From assembly GCA_964035545.1 (NCBI GenBank), contig OZ037767.1:21716628-21780627 (forward strand): 64,000 bases of DNA. Reading direction: 5' to 3'. The position numbers and the translations under genes are program-made. This document shows, one piece after another, positions 14,201 through 26,295 of the stretch. This stretch comes from Bugula neritina. Taxonomy: Eukaryota; Animalia; Bryozoa. Under the pieces are notes generated by a model that saw only the letters and a list, made by a program, of their open reading frames with translations, ran no database searches and was not told the DNA's origin. Position 1 is the first letter of the stretch, and each line of letters begins with the position of its first letter.

Positions 14201-17200
14201 TGCTAGCAGCAGCTTTGCTTAGAAAATTAATAGAAAATAGACACCCCTAATTAATGGTCATGTTGTTAAAAGCTAATTGCATAAAAATAAAGAATATTAC
14301 AATATAATGGCTCTTTTGTTCAAATAAGTATTAAAGCTGGTATTCAGCAGACTAAATGCGTAAATAGCTAAGAGGCGTTGACATCGAAGCTAATATTATA
14401 TTGCGCTTAGGTTGAGCCAACCTTCTGTGCTCCAATTACCTACACGATATTGTACATTAAAAATTTGCAAAAAATACTAATTTAATTCATTAAAAATTAA
14501 TTTTCTTGATAAAGTATTTATATATATATTGATGGGTGTATGTTATTTCAACCCTGTACGTCATTCAATCTCGCTCATATTTTAGGTAAACATGGAAGTT
14601 CTTTATAAACTGTTTAATTTAGAAGCTAGAATGTAATTTAGCTTTCATAATAATTGCAATAACTAACCTATAAAACAATCACGCTTAGGCGAAGTGGTAA
14701 GATTTCTAAATACACATAGGGTCATAATAAAAATATAAAAACAACTAATGATGACTATAAAGTGAAGTGTTTAAAGATTTAGTTTTCAAGTATATAATAA
14801 AAAATACTTTTCTCCGTTTCACTATAAATTATTATAGCATTTAGAAATTTAGTTTTAAAGTTAGTAAAAATTTAGAACTTTCACTACTTTATTCACATGT
14901 ATAACTGAATAATATAGTTAAATATTGCGATAATTAAAGTTAAGTAATAGCTAATATTATTCAGTTTTATTTATCATTCTACTTGACAATTTCTATACTA
15001 CTTTCTATATTATAGTATTTATAATCTTTCTTTATTTTAATATTTAGCTATTGTTATAGTATTTAGCTATCTATATATATAATTTTAATATTTTACAGTG
15101 CCATCTATTATTATATTTAACTTTTTCTATTGTAAAATTAATTTTTAAGGCCAAAGTTCAAATGATCACACAAAGAAGTTAGAATAAGATAGTTTGTTCC
15201 AAAAGGACAGAACGTTGGTAGATGAGGTGGCACTGGCTGTGCATTACCAAGAGATGCACTTTAATTTATGTGTTTTATTAATTATGAGGTAGTAAAAGGA
15301 ACAGACAGAGAGATTTCAAAGGCTGTTAAACACATATGATACTAGAATACTGGAAATGTGTAGGGATGGTCCCCTATGAATATATGAATATGGTAATTGG
15401 TGTGACCAACCCTGCCTGTACAAGAGTGTGTATGGTTTTTTCTTCAGCATAATGCTAAGGCTATAAAAGCCGTAGACTGTATTCTTAATTTCTATAACTT
15501 ATTTTCATATAACATCTGACTGGGTATCCGAATGTTGATGTTAGAGTTAGGATACACAGGCTAGGCTCATTAAAACAGATCTGGCCACAAGTAAGAATTT
15601 TTATGAAGTATGTGCAGCCAGTGATGATGTAACATCCTAAAATAAACTACATATCCCAAGAAAAGGAAGGGAAGCATCATAATTGGATAAGATTCTATAA
15701 TTATTTTTAATGTATTCAGTAATATTACTTTCCACCACCATTGTTCAACAGCAAAAAACCTTCCACTCAATTATTTTACATATATGCTTAGTGTAACGTG
15801 CTGCAAAGTGCATATAATTTTAATACTTTTAGGCAAAGGTCCAAGCATTCACGTTATAAATTACTTTGTTTAATTCAGGTAACACATGCTGAATTCAAAT
15901 AGCTAGTAATTATGTTAGAACTTAAAAACTGAATGCAACACTACTAATTATATACAACAGCAGACTAAAGTGAACAGCATGGATAGAGAATAAAATAAGC
16001 CTTAAACTCAAATAAAATGCACAACGACTATTGTAGTGCTATCAGTTACATTATTCCTTATCCTCATCAGCTTTAAACTCTGCGAGGAGTGTTACAACAG
16101 CTTTAATTAGCTTTAAGCCCTATTAATTTACCTTGCTGGCAGTGACTAGGGACAGGAAAAGATGTAAAGGGAGAAAATGAACTGAATCTGTCTCCGCAGA
16201 GCTGATGTTGGATCTACTTGCAGAAATTCATGTGTTTAGACTTTAGGTGCATTTTTTGACTATTTTACTGGTAAGGCATGTTATATATATTCACAAGTTT
16301 TACAGTTTTTATTTAATATTATTAAAATTACATATAGCAGAAAAAAAGTTCTAGCTCAAAAAGCACAGCACCTCACGCAAATACCAAATCGAAAAAAGTC
16401 AAATTGAAGCGCTGGGCTTATCCAAATTTGAATTCTCATTTTCACTGTAATAAATATATAATATATTTTTTACATTTTCATCTGGAGTTTGTTTTTGTTT
16501 GGAGTTCAAAGATGGCTAAATTAATGTATTGCTTTATCAAATATAAAGTTAATTAACAGATTAAAATAGAAATGTAAGTATTGAGATCTCTATGACTAGG
16601 AGAAGAAATACCGAAAAGTTAAAACATTCCCCATATAACTATACATTTTCTAGAGTTTAAAGAAACAGTTTTTACAATTATTTAATGGTTTTTTGCTATT
16701 AACCAAACAGCCAAAAATATTTTTATATAGAAAAAAAAATTATTCTAGCTACATCTGTAACTAAAATATTGGTCATTAGAGTATTTATAGTTACTATGAA
16801 GCCTTCATTGCAATCAAATTTACATGATAATCAACTGTTTACTGGCAGCAAATCAGTTCAACTGATGTGAAATACGCAGCAAACAAAATATTATCACACT
16901 TATATATATTCGACCCCATGAATATCATGTCAATTTGATTTTACTATTTAACAAAGAATTTAGATTAGATTTTAGAATTCGATTAGCAGCATTAATGAAG
17001 TGCAGCATTAATGAAGTGCGTTTCTACTTCATGCACAAAGCAGTTATCTTCTCTTACTTACACAATTGGGGGGGGATTTGATAGAGTATGTTGTATTAAT
17101 TTTATAAGCTTATCATATTTTCTACAAACTCAAGTTCAGGAATTTTCATCTCAGCACGGGTTTTAGATGATGCACTGTAGTGTGTATTTGAGCTTGTTGA

Positions 17201-17871
17201 ATATATATATTTTAGTATGTAACATCCTGCATCAACAACTTAAAGTTGATGGCTTCTATGTTAAGTGATGAATCTGGATTAACACTATTCAATCGTAAAT
17301 CATTCTATGTCAGTCTAATCCTACATCATTCAAATTAACACTCAGATTAACAGAAACAAAGTTATATAGAATTATAAATTATACTTTATTTCATGTACAA
17401 AATAATATACCAGGTCTCTATAAGTATATGAATATAAAATTGAATCAATATAATGATATGTACAAAAAATAAGTCAAGAGTGAGTGGTGAGCAAATGAAT
17501 GATCATATGGTATACATGGTATGACATATTTACAAAGAGTACAGCTTCATACATTAGTACGAGTAGTTTGAATTTACAATACATCAGTATAAGTGGACAT
17601 TCAGTTTCACTACATGACAGATGATGGTTGGAATGGCATATAGAAGCAGGTGGTACAAGTGGCATTTAACTTTCCCGCTACTGTCACCTAATCATCTCTC
17701 TGTCCAATTAGATTCAACAGAAGCAGATGTGACTATCCATTAACATATTGCTGTAGATTTAAAATGCCATTTAATCAATAGCATACTGCATAGCACCAAA
17801 ATATTTTAATACTTATTGCATAATGAATTTATGGTTAATAAAATTTATATAATGTGTAAAAAAGATAAAAG

Positions 17872-18626
17872 CTACCAAGGCCTCCAAACTTCAGACTTAG
17901 ACTCTAGTGTTGGTGCTACTGGAATGGAGTTGAACGACTGCTGATGCATCATGGGAAGGAAGACAAACGCCTGTGTTGGAGATATGGGACTGAGTGATGA
18001 ACAGCTAGGGGTTGGAGAGGATACTGAAAGTCTTTGCTGCTGTTGCAAATGCTGTTGTTGAGCTGCTGCAGCTGCTGCTAACAGATTGTCACTGGCATTT
18101 TTTACCATTAGTCTTTGCATATCCTGAGCAGTAGGAATGTAGCCACGACTTTCAAGTGGTTTAGGAGGGAGGTTTTGTGGAGTGGGTAGAGGTGCAGTAA
18201 CTGCACTTGCAGTCATAGACCGTCTTTGGGCGGCTATCAACTTTCTCAGATGGTTGACTGTGAGTTCAAGAATATCTGCTTTCTCCAGCTTAGATCTGGT
18301 GTTTCCACATACCAAGTTTTTTAATTCCTCCAAATGATTATTTATTCGTTCTCTTCGCCTCTTTTCTATAATAGGTTTGAGAATCTAAAATAAAAGTGAA
18401 AATTATTATTAGCTGATACAAATATTATTCAACAGTTAAAACTTGACTTATACTTATAGTCCCAAACAATTATCACAGAGACTTAAACACCAACTGTTAA
18501 ACTTGTGTAAAGGGTGAAAAAAAAACGTTAGAATTAGAATGTTGAGACAGAACAGTGAAATCATGTGTTACTTACTCGTCTATTGTTTTCCTTGGGTGGA
18601 ATACCCATCGTCCCTACAGGTTTCAT
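17872..18626 (-). CDS. HES: HES/hairy-Enhancer of split family bHLH transcriptional repressor, 2 coding exons, ~187 aa
   Basis: Exon 1 18626-18576 ([17 protein letters not shown], donor GTAAGT) joins in phase 0 to exon 2 18384-17872 ([25 protein letters not shown]...[19 protein letters not shown]...VWRPW*). The basic-region proline, the LEKADILE motif and the C-terminal Groucho-binding WRPW are diagnostic. Minus-strand AATAAA at 17385-17390. The specific paralogue cannot be assigned. Confidence 0.96.
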
Positions 18627-18769
18627 GATATCAAAGAGAACAAGATGTTTAAATGCTAATTAGGTGCGTAGTCCTTATTTGTTGAGTTGTTATAGCTAAT
18701 TGACTAAAGCAGTAACGTTACGTACATTAAATACTCCTGTACTTACTTACAGCTCTACACCCTCCAATC

Positions 18770-20030
18770 ACTACGCGGTTTTATCTCTAGGAATGTGCAG
18801 CCAGCCAATTAGCTTTGACATTCCCGTGCGGGCCAATCATAAGTACAACAATGGAACTCTTGTCGCAGCCATCTGTATACACCAACAGGCACACGTTTGT
18901 CTATATATAAAACATACATAACAAATTCATGGGAAAGTACCGCCCCCTTTGTCAAAATAGCACCTGCCACATGCTGCTGTTGGCCGTCCGTGGGAAAATA
19001 GTTACATCATCGAGTTTTGATGACTTAGGCAGCAAACATGTTGAAGAAATTAAATACTAAAGCTCACGAGTGTATATAATATCATAAACGTTTAATAACA
19101 AATACAAGTTCCCATGCCTTTGTTACTTCACTTTACAAATTACAAAAAAGTTCCCTTTTGGCAGCAATAAAATATACAGCAGTCAGCACATTCAAGGAAC
19201 AAACAGCAGGCAGGCGCAAGTTGACAGATAGCTTTTATTAAATCACCGCTCCCTGGCATTCTTGTCTTTTTGGCACACCCAACACAGTTTACCTGAACAT
19301 TATTTTCTACTTTCAGCAAAGGTTTCTAACCACTGCAGCTATAATATTGTAGGTATTAGGGATCATCCCAATCTTCTAAGATACTAAATGACAAAAAAAG
19401 GCTACACACTTATTTTACTTTCTGTGCAGTGAAATGTCAAGAAGGAAATGTAGCATGACTAATGCAATAGTCATCAGTTTGTTTATTTATTTAATGTGAA
19501 ACAAAGAGAGAGAGCTATATTTACCCCAAATTCCTAGAGAGTTGACCCTCATTATTCTCAAATTACGCTGAGATTTTATTCCCAGAGGAAAAGCTATGTC
19601 AGCCACCTCGTTATACAATACATGCCTATACAAGAATAATTAAATTAGGTTTCAGCAATTCATAGTAGCTATTAAATGCATGTGAAACAGGCAGCTCGTT
19701 ACTGGGCTTGTAATGTATCCATATGTGAGAATAAAGCCCTAAGCTAATCTCTGTAACATGTAAGGGTAGAGTGCAGTGTTCAACAGCCTACTAGTGTCCC
19801 ACTCCTATTGTCCTAGCTTGCTGATTGCCGTGGGAATGAGACTATTAGGGCACGAGTCCCTATACACAGTCACACGAATAATGAATAGAAAATACATAAC
19901 ACTGCATTGACATATTTAAGTTCACTAAACATACACATCTTCACTGGGGCTTTATTCTAATCAAAGCCCGGCCTATTCACACAAACACAGTTAAAGTTTT
20001 GACGGCATTGTACTGGCTTGTGGGAACCTA
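18770..20030 (-). promoter_or_regulatory. HES promoter and proximal Notch-responsive region
   Basis: Su(H)/CSL sites: CATGGGAA 18928, CGTGGGAA 18989, TTCCCATG 19109, TGTGAGAA 19724, CGTGGGAA 19829, TGTGGGAA 20019. Proneural-type E-box GCAGGTG (minus) 18961-18967. N-boxes CACGAG at 19045 and 19851. CCAAT boxes near 18805 and 18833. TATA-like GATAAAA (minus) near 18779-18785. Confidence 0.75.
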
Positions 20031-20689
20031 CCTCATCTTTTGTGTACGCTTGTGTCAAGTTGAATTAAACCTTATAAAGATAATCATCAGTATCTTAATA
20101 TGAGAGTGTTTAAAGTCCAGAATGTGAATCAGAATGAGGCTTGACACCCAGTCATCCCTTAATGAGAAAGAGGCACCGATATGTCAACAATGCTGTATAT
20201 TGATCTGCCTTTATCAATATTATACCTACTGTTGTTTTTAGTACTGGCAAAAGCTAGTTTTCAATTTTAATAAGATTTAATTAACTTTAAGTAAGAAGTT
20301 TGAAATGAACAGAAATATTAGCTCACTTACCTTAGAGCTCATTGCAAGTATTGGGATAGACCTTGGTTGTCCACACTTTGTAGTGCAATTTTTCTCAAAC
20401 AGAAATATTGTTCTAAAATAAATTACTATTTGTAAAAGGAAAGCATGTGATATATTATAACTATGGACTACTTTCCTCAAAGTTTAATTGAGGAAAGACA
20501 ACTTTAAAAAAATTGATTGTTTTTTATGTAAGTAGATTTAATCGTGTAAAACTGCATTGCCAATCATTCATTAAATTTTTCAAAAAGGTTTTTGGTTGCT
20601 TGGGTTAAAAAGTAAAATTCTGTTACATATTATACATTATAAATATGCTACTATGTAGGGACAATATCTGTTCATCCTTGTTTTTAGTA

Positions 20690-20793
20690 CATGTGTATGT
20701 AATACATATATGTACACATTGCATACATGCACACATTACATACATGTACACATTACATACATGTACACATTACATACATGTACACATTACATT
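20690..20793. repeat. 17 bp minisatellite (TACACATTACATACATG)n
   Basis: About 5 copies. Confidence 0.85.
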
Positions 20794-21399
20794 ATGAGAA
20801 GTTCAATTTGATAACCCAAATGAACTTCTAGCAGCAATATATGTCTTTGTCTCACTTGAATTATGAAAGGTGCTTATGAAAATTTAGTATTTTCTGCTAA
20901 AACTACATTCCAGCAAGGGAATTTTTGAAGTTATACAAATAAAAGTTAGTCAGTAGAAGTTTTGATAAGGATAGTCTCTCTAAATTCTAAGTTTTTAGCC
21001 AGACAACTTATGGAAACCAAGCTGTATGAGTGAGGAAAACAAGAAGCCAAGGCCTTATTTTGAAAATATCAATATGTTATTTGTTTGTGTTGATGCTTCG
21101 ACATGACATTTGCTTCCTGGTGTTAGTAAAGGCGCATGGGGTTAGACTATCAGTACTTGACATCTTTTTAGCAGTCAAGCTAGAAAATAATTATATAAAA
21201 TTATACCGTCTATAGCTGAAATTAGGGATAATTCAACACAGCACGAAATTGTATGCCTGCCTATATTATGAACATAGCATGATATAACCTTACAGCTGAT
21301 TCCCACGGCCTTTTCATAGCACACTGCTAAAGTGTGTTCAATCTAAACCAAAACATACTGTCTAAACAATAACCCTGTAATCTGCTACATGTGGCCATA

Positions 21400-21615
21400 G
21401 AAGGAGTGGATACAGCTAATATATCACAGGGGATATAGGTACAACTAGTATATTATAGAGAGTGAATACAGCTAGCACATTACAAAGGCTGATACAGCTA
21501 TTATATCACAAGGGGTGGATGCAGCTAGTATGACACATGTAGGGGGTGAATACAGCAAATATATCACAGGGGGTGAATACAGCTAGTATATTACAGGGGG
21601 TGGATACAGCTATTT
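21400..21615. repeat. ~28-30 bp minisatellite (GGGGGTGRATACAGCTAGTATATYACA)n
   Basis: About 7 diverged copies. Confidence 0.8.
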
Positions 21616-24600
21616 TCCCACAACTAAACTTGCTTCATGGACTAATAAACTTTTATTAAATTTTTCAATTTATCTATTTTGAGCTTGTGATATGTTTATC
21701 TTAACAGAGAATTCTATAGTAAATTAAAAGTGGTAGAGTGCATTGTTGATAAACACTTAAAGTGCTTTATTTAGCGGCAGCTCAATTTCAAATTTTACTG
21801 AAGTTATTAATGGGTGTAAGTGTTACTAGAATAATTTCCAAAATTATTTTACTAATGGTTTTCTGGCTGTCCAAATCAAGATGTGTGGAATTCATGTGTG
21901 AAGAGCCATGGCACCTGGTAATTTGTTATAACAATAATAATTAGTGTATAATTTATTAGATACTAGAAATATTTATTGTTGTTGCTAGCCAATTTGGTCA
22001 AGTTCAAATAAATTTATCACAGTGATTAAAAGAAGAGTAAATGCTGTTTGTGTTCTCCTCAAGCATGAAGTGCTAGCCACTTCACTTGCGGCTGATGCTT
22101 AGGGCTTAGTCATTAGAGGAATACTTTCTCTTGCTTGTTTCTCTGCCACTAAAATTCTCCATCTTAGGGGCTACTACACATCCTTGCCATATCTGCAGCT
22201 AGGGTTTATTAACCATTAAGCTACAACAAATAATTACAAGTGAAAATTAACTTTTATCTGTTTAGCCAAGGGCAGTCAACAATGAAGGGTACGGAGATCT
22301 CAAGTGGCTCAAATGAGACCAGTACTCCAGACCGTAGAAATCAAAGGATGCCGCATATCAGTGGTGTATGTAAACACCACAAATGTCTCTCGTAATCACT
22401 AAATTGGCTTTTACTTGTGTCAAACGTGTGCGCCTTTGTTTTTTATTCATACACGACAAGATGTAGATTTTTCACAAAGGCATCCAAACAGCGCAGAGTG
22501 GAGATAGGTGAGGAGTTAAACCAGTTTGACTTGCCAATGTCACACAAAGGAATAAAACAAACCAAATCATAAAATAAAAACATAAGCTTTATCAAGTCTA
22601 GCTAGCTGGCCTTATGATATTTATGACTACTGATATAAACAGCCACCATACCAATACGTATTCCTATATTTTCATCTATTTTCCTAAGGATGTACTTATA
22701 GCATTACATTCAAGAGTTTTCTAAAGTTCTAATAGCTGACAATTGAGGTGTACAGCTGTAACTAGGAAGTTCTCTGCAGTAGTTAACAATGTTGGGCAAT
22801 ATTATAAACAACTGAGTATTTCCAAATAATATCAGATTGGTAAACCTCTTTAAAATCAGAAAGTACTAACTACATTTGTGACTTCATTTGGTGGTCAAAC
22901 TCAAAGCAGGCCATTAGGCTTCTTACACAAAAACAAAATTTAGCTAGGGACTCGCAGCCTCAGAGTGTTGCTGACTATTTCAGGAATATCAAAAGGCAAT
23001 CATGAACTGCTGCCAACTAACGCTTAGAATAGATAGACTATTTATAGTTGGCTTGTTGTAGCTGGCAATGTTTTTACTATCAAGTGTGACACTGACTGCA
23101 TAATTACAATACAAGAGAGTATGATTTATTTTTGTAAACCTTAGGTTATGGGCAGAACTAGTAGCAAAAACAATAAAATTGGTAAGCATCACCAATTAAT
23201 CAGCTGAAATATAAGATTAATTGTCTATTATGTGAACAGATTTTACGCATCTTAGCAGACAGTGGTTATAATGTGGTAATGTTGTTTTACAGTTTTGTGC
23301 TGAATGACAGCAGAGATTGTTATTTGATAGGAATTCCATTCTTTGAAGTCAAATTGTGAAATATTTATTGCTTTTATACTAATTTTATGTTCTTGAATCA
23401 TGGGAAGATCATTTTCTTCCTTTCTGCTGAATCTAATATGTGCCAACTTTCTATATATAGAAAATATAATATATACATGTAGACTATAAATATATTATAT
23501 ATATTTGCCATGAGTATACAAATTTACTATAAATTTGTTTTGAGTTTCCTGTAATTATTTTTTAAGTCAAATACAATTTCTCGAATGAGTTAAATATTTG
23601 TAGTGAAGAATTAGTGAGGTCGAGACAAACTGTATAGCCAAAAAGACAAGAATAATAAAAGCATGGTTGTTTTATTCTGGTAAAAAATTCTTTTTATAAA
23701 ATAGCAAAACATGGTGTGATTACTCCTGCTGCTAACAAATGTGGGTTTGCCCAAAGAAAATTTTTCTCATTAATAAGTTGTTAGTCCATTGATTATCCTT
23801 AGTCGAAATATTGATGTTAAACTGTAATTTGGGGAGGGGAAGGGTGACTCACCAAACTCTCCAATCATATGTAATTTACTTGGTGTATTAGTTTAAAGTA
23901 TGGCATGTGAAGATAGAACTGCTGCTAGCTGTATGACTCAGACTCATGCTGACATTTACCAGAGCTGATGTCATCCAGGGTAGCAGCTAGAAGTGTGAGA
24001 ACTGCAGTTAATTGAGTTAGCTGATAATGTAATTATATATGTTGAACAGTGCTGTACCCATATTATGATGATACTAAATTACAGCAGAGCAACATTCTAC
24101 ATTATTATTAAGCCACCAATGCTGTTTCACAGTGTAATGTTGTATTACTATAATAATATAAGATATGTTATCAAGTATTTACCTAGCTTATGAGATGACA
24201 AAGGAGCGAATGAAATAATGAAAGAGTTTCAAACTATTGTATTGACATTTTTTACTCAGAGGAATAAACAGCGAAGGCAGGTCGTGAATATTGTGTGGCA
24301 TAAGATCTGCATGGTCTACTATTGTATGGAAATGTGTTCCGCAATGTGATAAACAAAACAAATGAGATAAACCTTTGACATTATGCTGATTCTGAGGTCA
24401 AAAAAGAAATACTATAATATTATGCACTGAGACTTGCTCAAAGAGCTTTTAAAAGAATATTTCTGCATTTAGGAGCAGTAGTGGAAAAATTGAGATAGCC
24501 TAAGGTCTATGATTTTTTTTAAATTTTGGTTTGGGGTGCGGGTTGAAATTTTTGCGAGAAGGCTAAAATGCTAAAGGGTAAAGCTAAATGACGACAAGTT

Positions 24601-26109
24601 TATACATGTATAGAAATAAGCTTAGCTCAAAGAATTACACCTTATCTGATGAATTTATTACTTTTTCTTGAATAACTTGGGGGTCTGTTTTTTAGATTAA
24701 GCATATCCAGACAGGTTTCAACTTGCTTGGTGCATTAAACAAGTAAAGGCGTAAATTTTGTCCCCAATGCCAGCAGTGAAATCAAAATGAGTACAACTTG
24801 ATAATTTATATTTCAGAAACAATTAAAAGTTCATAAAATTTTATATATGCTGTGGTATTGGTGTTAGAAATTTGGTTGGAGGCAAGCTGTAGTGTCCGTA
24901 AGATTGCAGCTGCCTGATTAGGTGGAGCTCATGCTATTTATTAATATAGCAGTAACACCACAAGTCTGATTTTCCCACACTAGGGTATGTTGTAGGAATA
25001 TCTAAACACAGTGCAGCTGCCCACGCTCTGCAGTGCTGCAGTCTAGATTGGCGCATGTTCTCCTGGCGCTCTGCCACAATCAAAGTACAAAGTGTAGTTT
25101 TCTAGATAAAAATACATAAAGTTGATAAAATAATGAGCAGCTACACCCAGTAGCCGGGGTCGAGTAAACACAGTCAGCCGATTACATACACATGACTATG
25201 AACTGGTGATGAGGGGTATGACTCATATTGTACTATCTGTAAGGGCAGTTATATGCTGTCTGACTCCAGCATTATAATGTCTAGCACTCTAGCACATAAT
25301 TATTTGTTATAATAAGCAAACATCTATATTGTTCCACCACACCAGTGTGTTAGCGGTGGTGAGCAATGAGAAGACAATTTCCTGTAGTTAATCTCGAAAA
25401 TTTTGTTTTGTTTGATTAAAGGCAAGATTTAACACAATCTGATCTCAGATATATTATATTGCCTTTTGTGCGAGGTTGCTTTTCTTATGAGTTGAAACTG
25501 TTTTATTTAAACCAACAATTTAAAGTTTATTTATTTTAAATTAAAATTCACTATTTCTCACATATATGATAAAAAGATAGTTAGCAGCATATGCCAATCC
25601 TATGATGTTTCAGTGCAGGTTAATAATAATAAAGATAGTTTGTAGTTATCATAGAACTATACCATATTATGTTTTAAGCTCCATAATGTGTGTGGCTATT
25701 GTGAGAAGGATAATATTTTTTATATCAAACAATACCCCAGATGATACTGCAGCACATGGGGTGAGGCAAACACAACCATCACTCTACGCTGCTATCAAAC
25801 TGTTTCAATACTTGATTATTTTTAGTGAATAAGGAATTTAGATTACATTGCTAAAGTGTGACAAGGGCTACTGGGTGTGTTTAGACTGACACGTGTAGCC
25901 CTAAACAACATCTGCTAGGTTTTACTGCAAAGCAAATTGCTGTAATAAAAGTGCCAGTCTATAATTTTCTCACACTCCTCAAAGATAGTGTAGCCATATC
26001 TATGATGAAATGTAGCCTACACAAATATTACAGTATCTGTTATAAGTGATAGGCAGAAGCTGCTTTACTGGACAGCTGCTGTCAAATTATCTGTCACAGA
26101 TATTACTTT

Positions 26110-26295
26110 AACACCTTCTCCACCCTCAGATACTCTCCTCTACCCTCATTATATGTTACCCCTACTCCCTTATGTACTACCCCTACTCCCTCATATACTA
26201 CCCCTACACCCTCATATACTACCTCCCTACCTTCATATATAACTACCCCTACACCCTCATATACTATTCCTCCTCTCTCATATGCTATCCCCATC
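26110..26295. repeat. 21 bp minisatellite (CCCTCATATACTACCCCTACW)n
   Basis: About 8 copies; explains the 26103-26375 ORF. Confidence 0.85.

Noticed and set aside
15285-15294. let-7-like TGAGGTAGTA
   Set aside because: The match stops after 10 nt and no hairpin is evident.
3264-17665. Short 60-76 aa ORFs across the gene desert
   Set aside because: Composition mirrors AT-rich non-coding DNA, many start at non-ATG codons, and none shows a recognisable domain.
18920-20060. Su(H) paired site (SPS)
   Set aside because: No inverted partner 15-17 bp from the strong sites.
21400-21615. CRISPR-like array (also the other 27-31 bp arrays)
   Set aside because: Eukaryotic context, head-to-tail units without unique spacers, and no cas genes.
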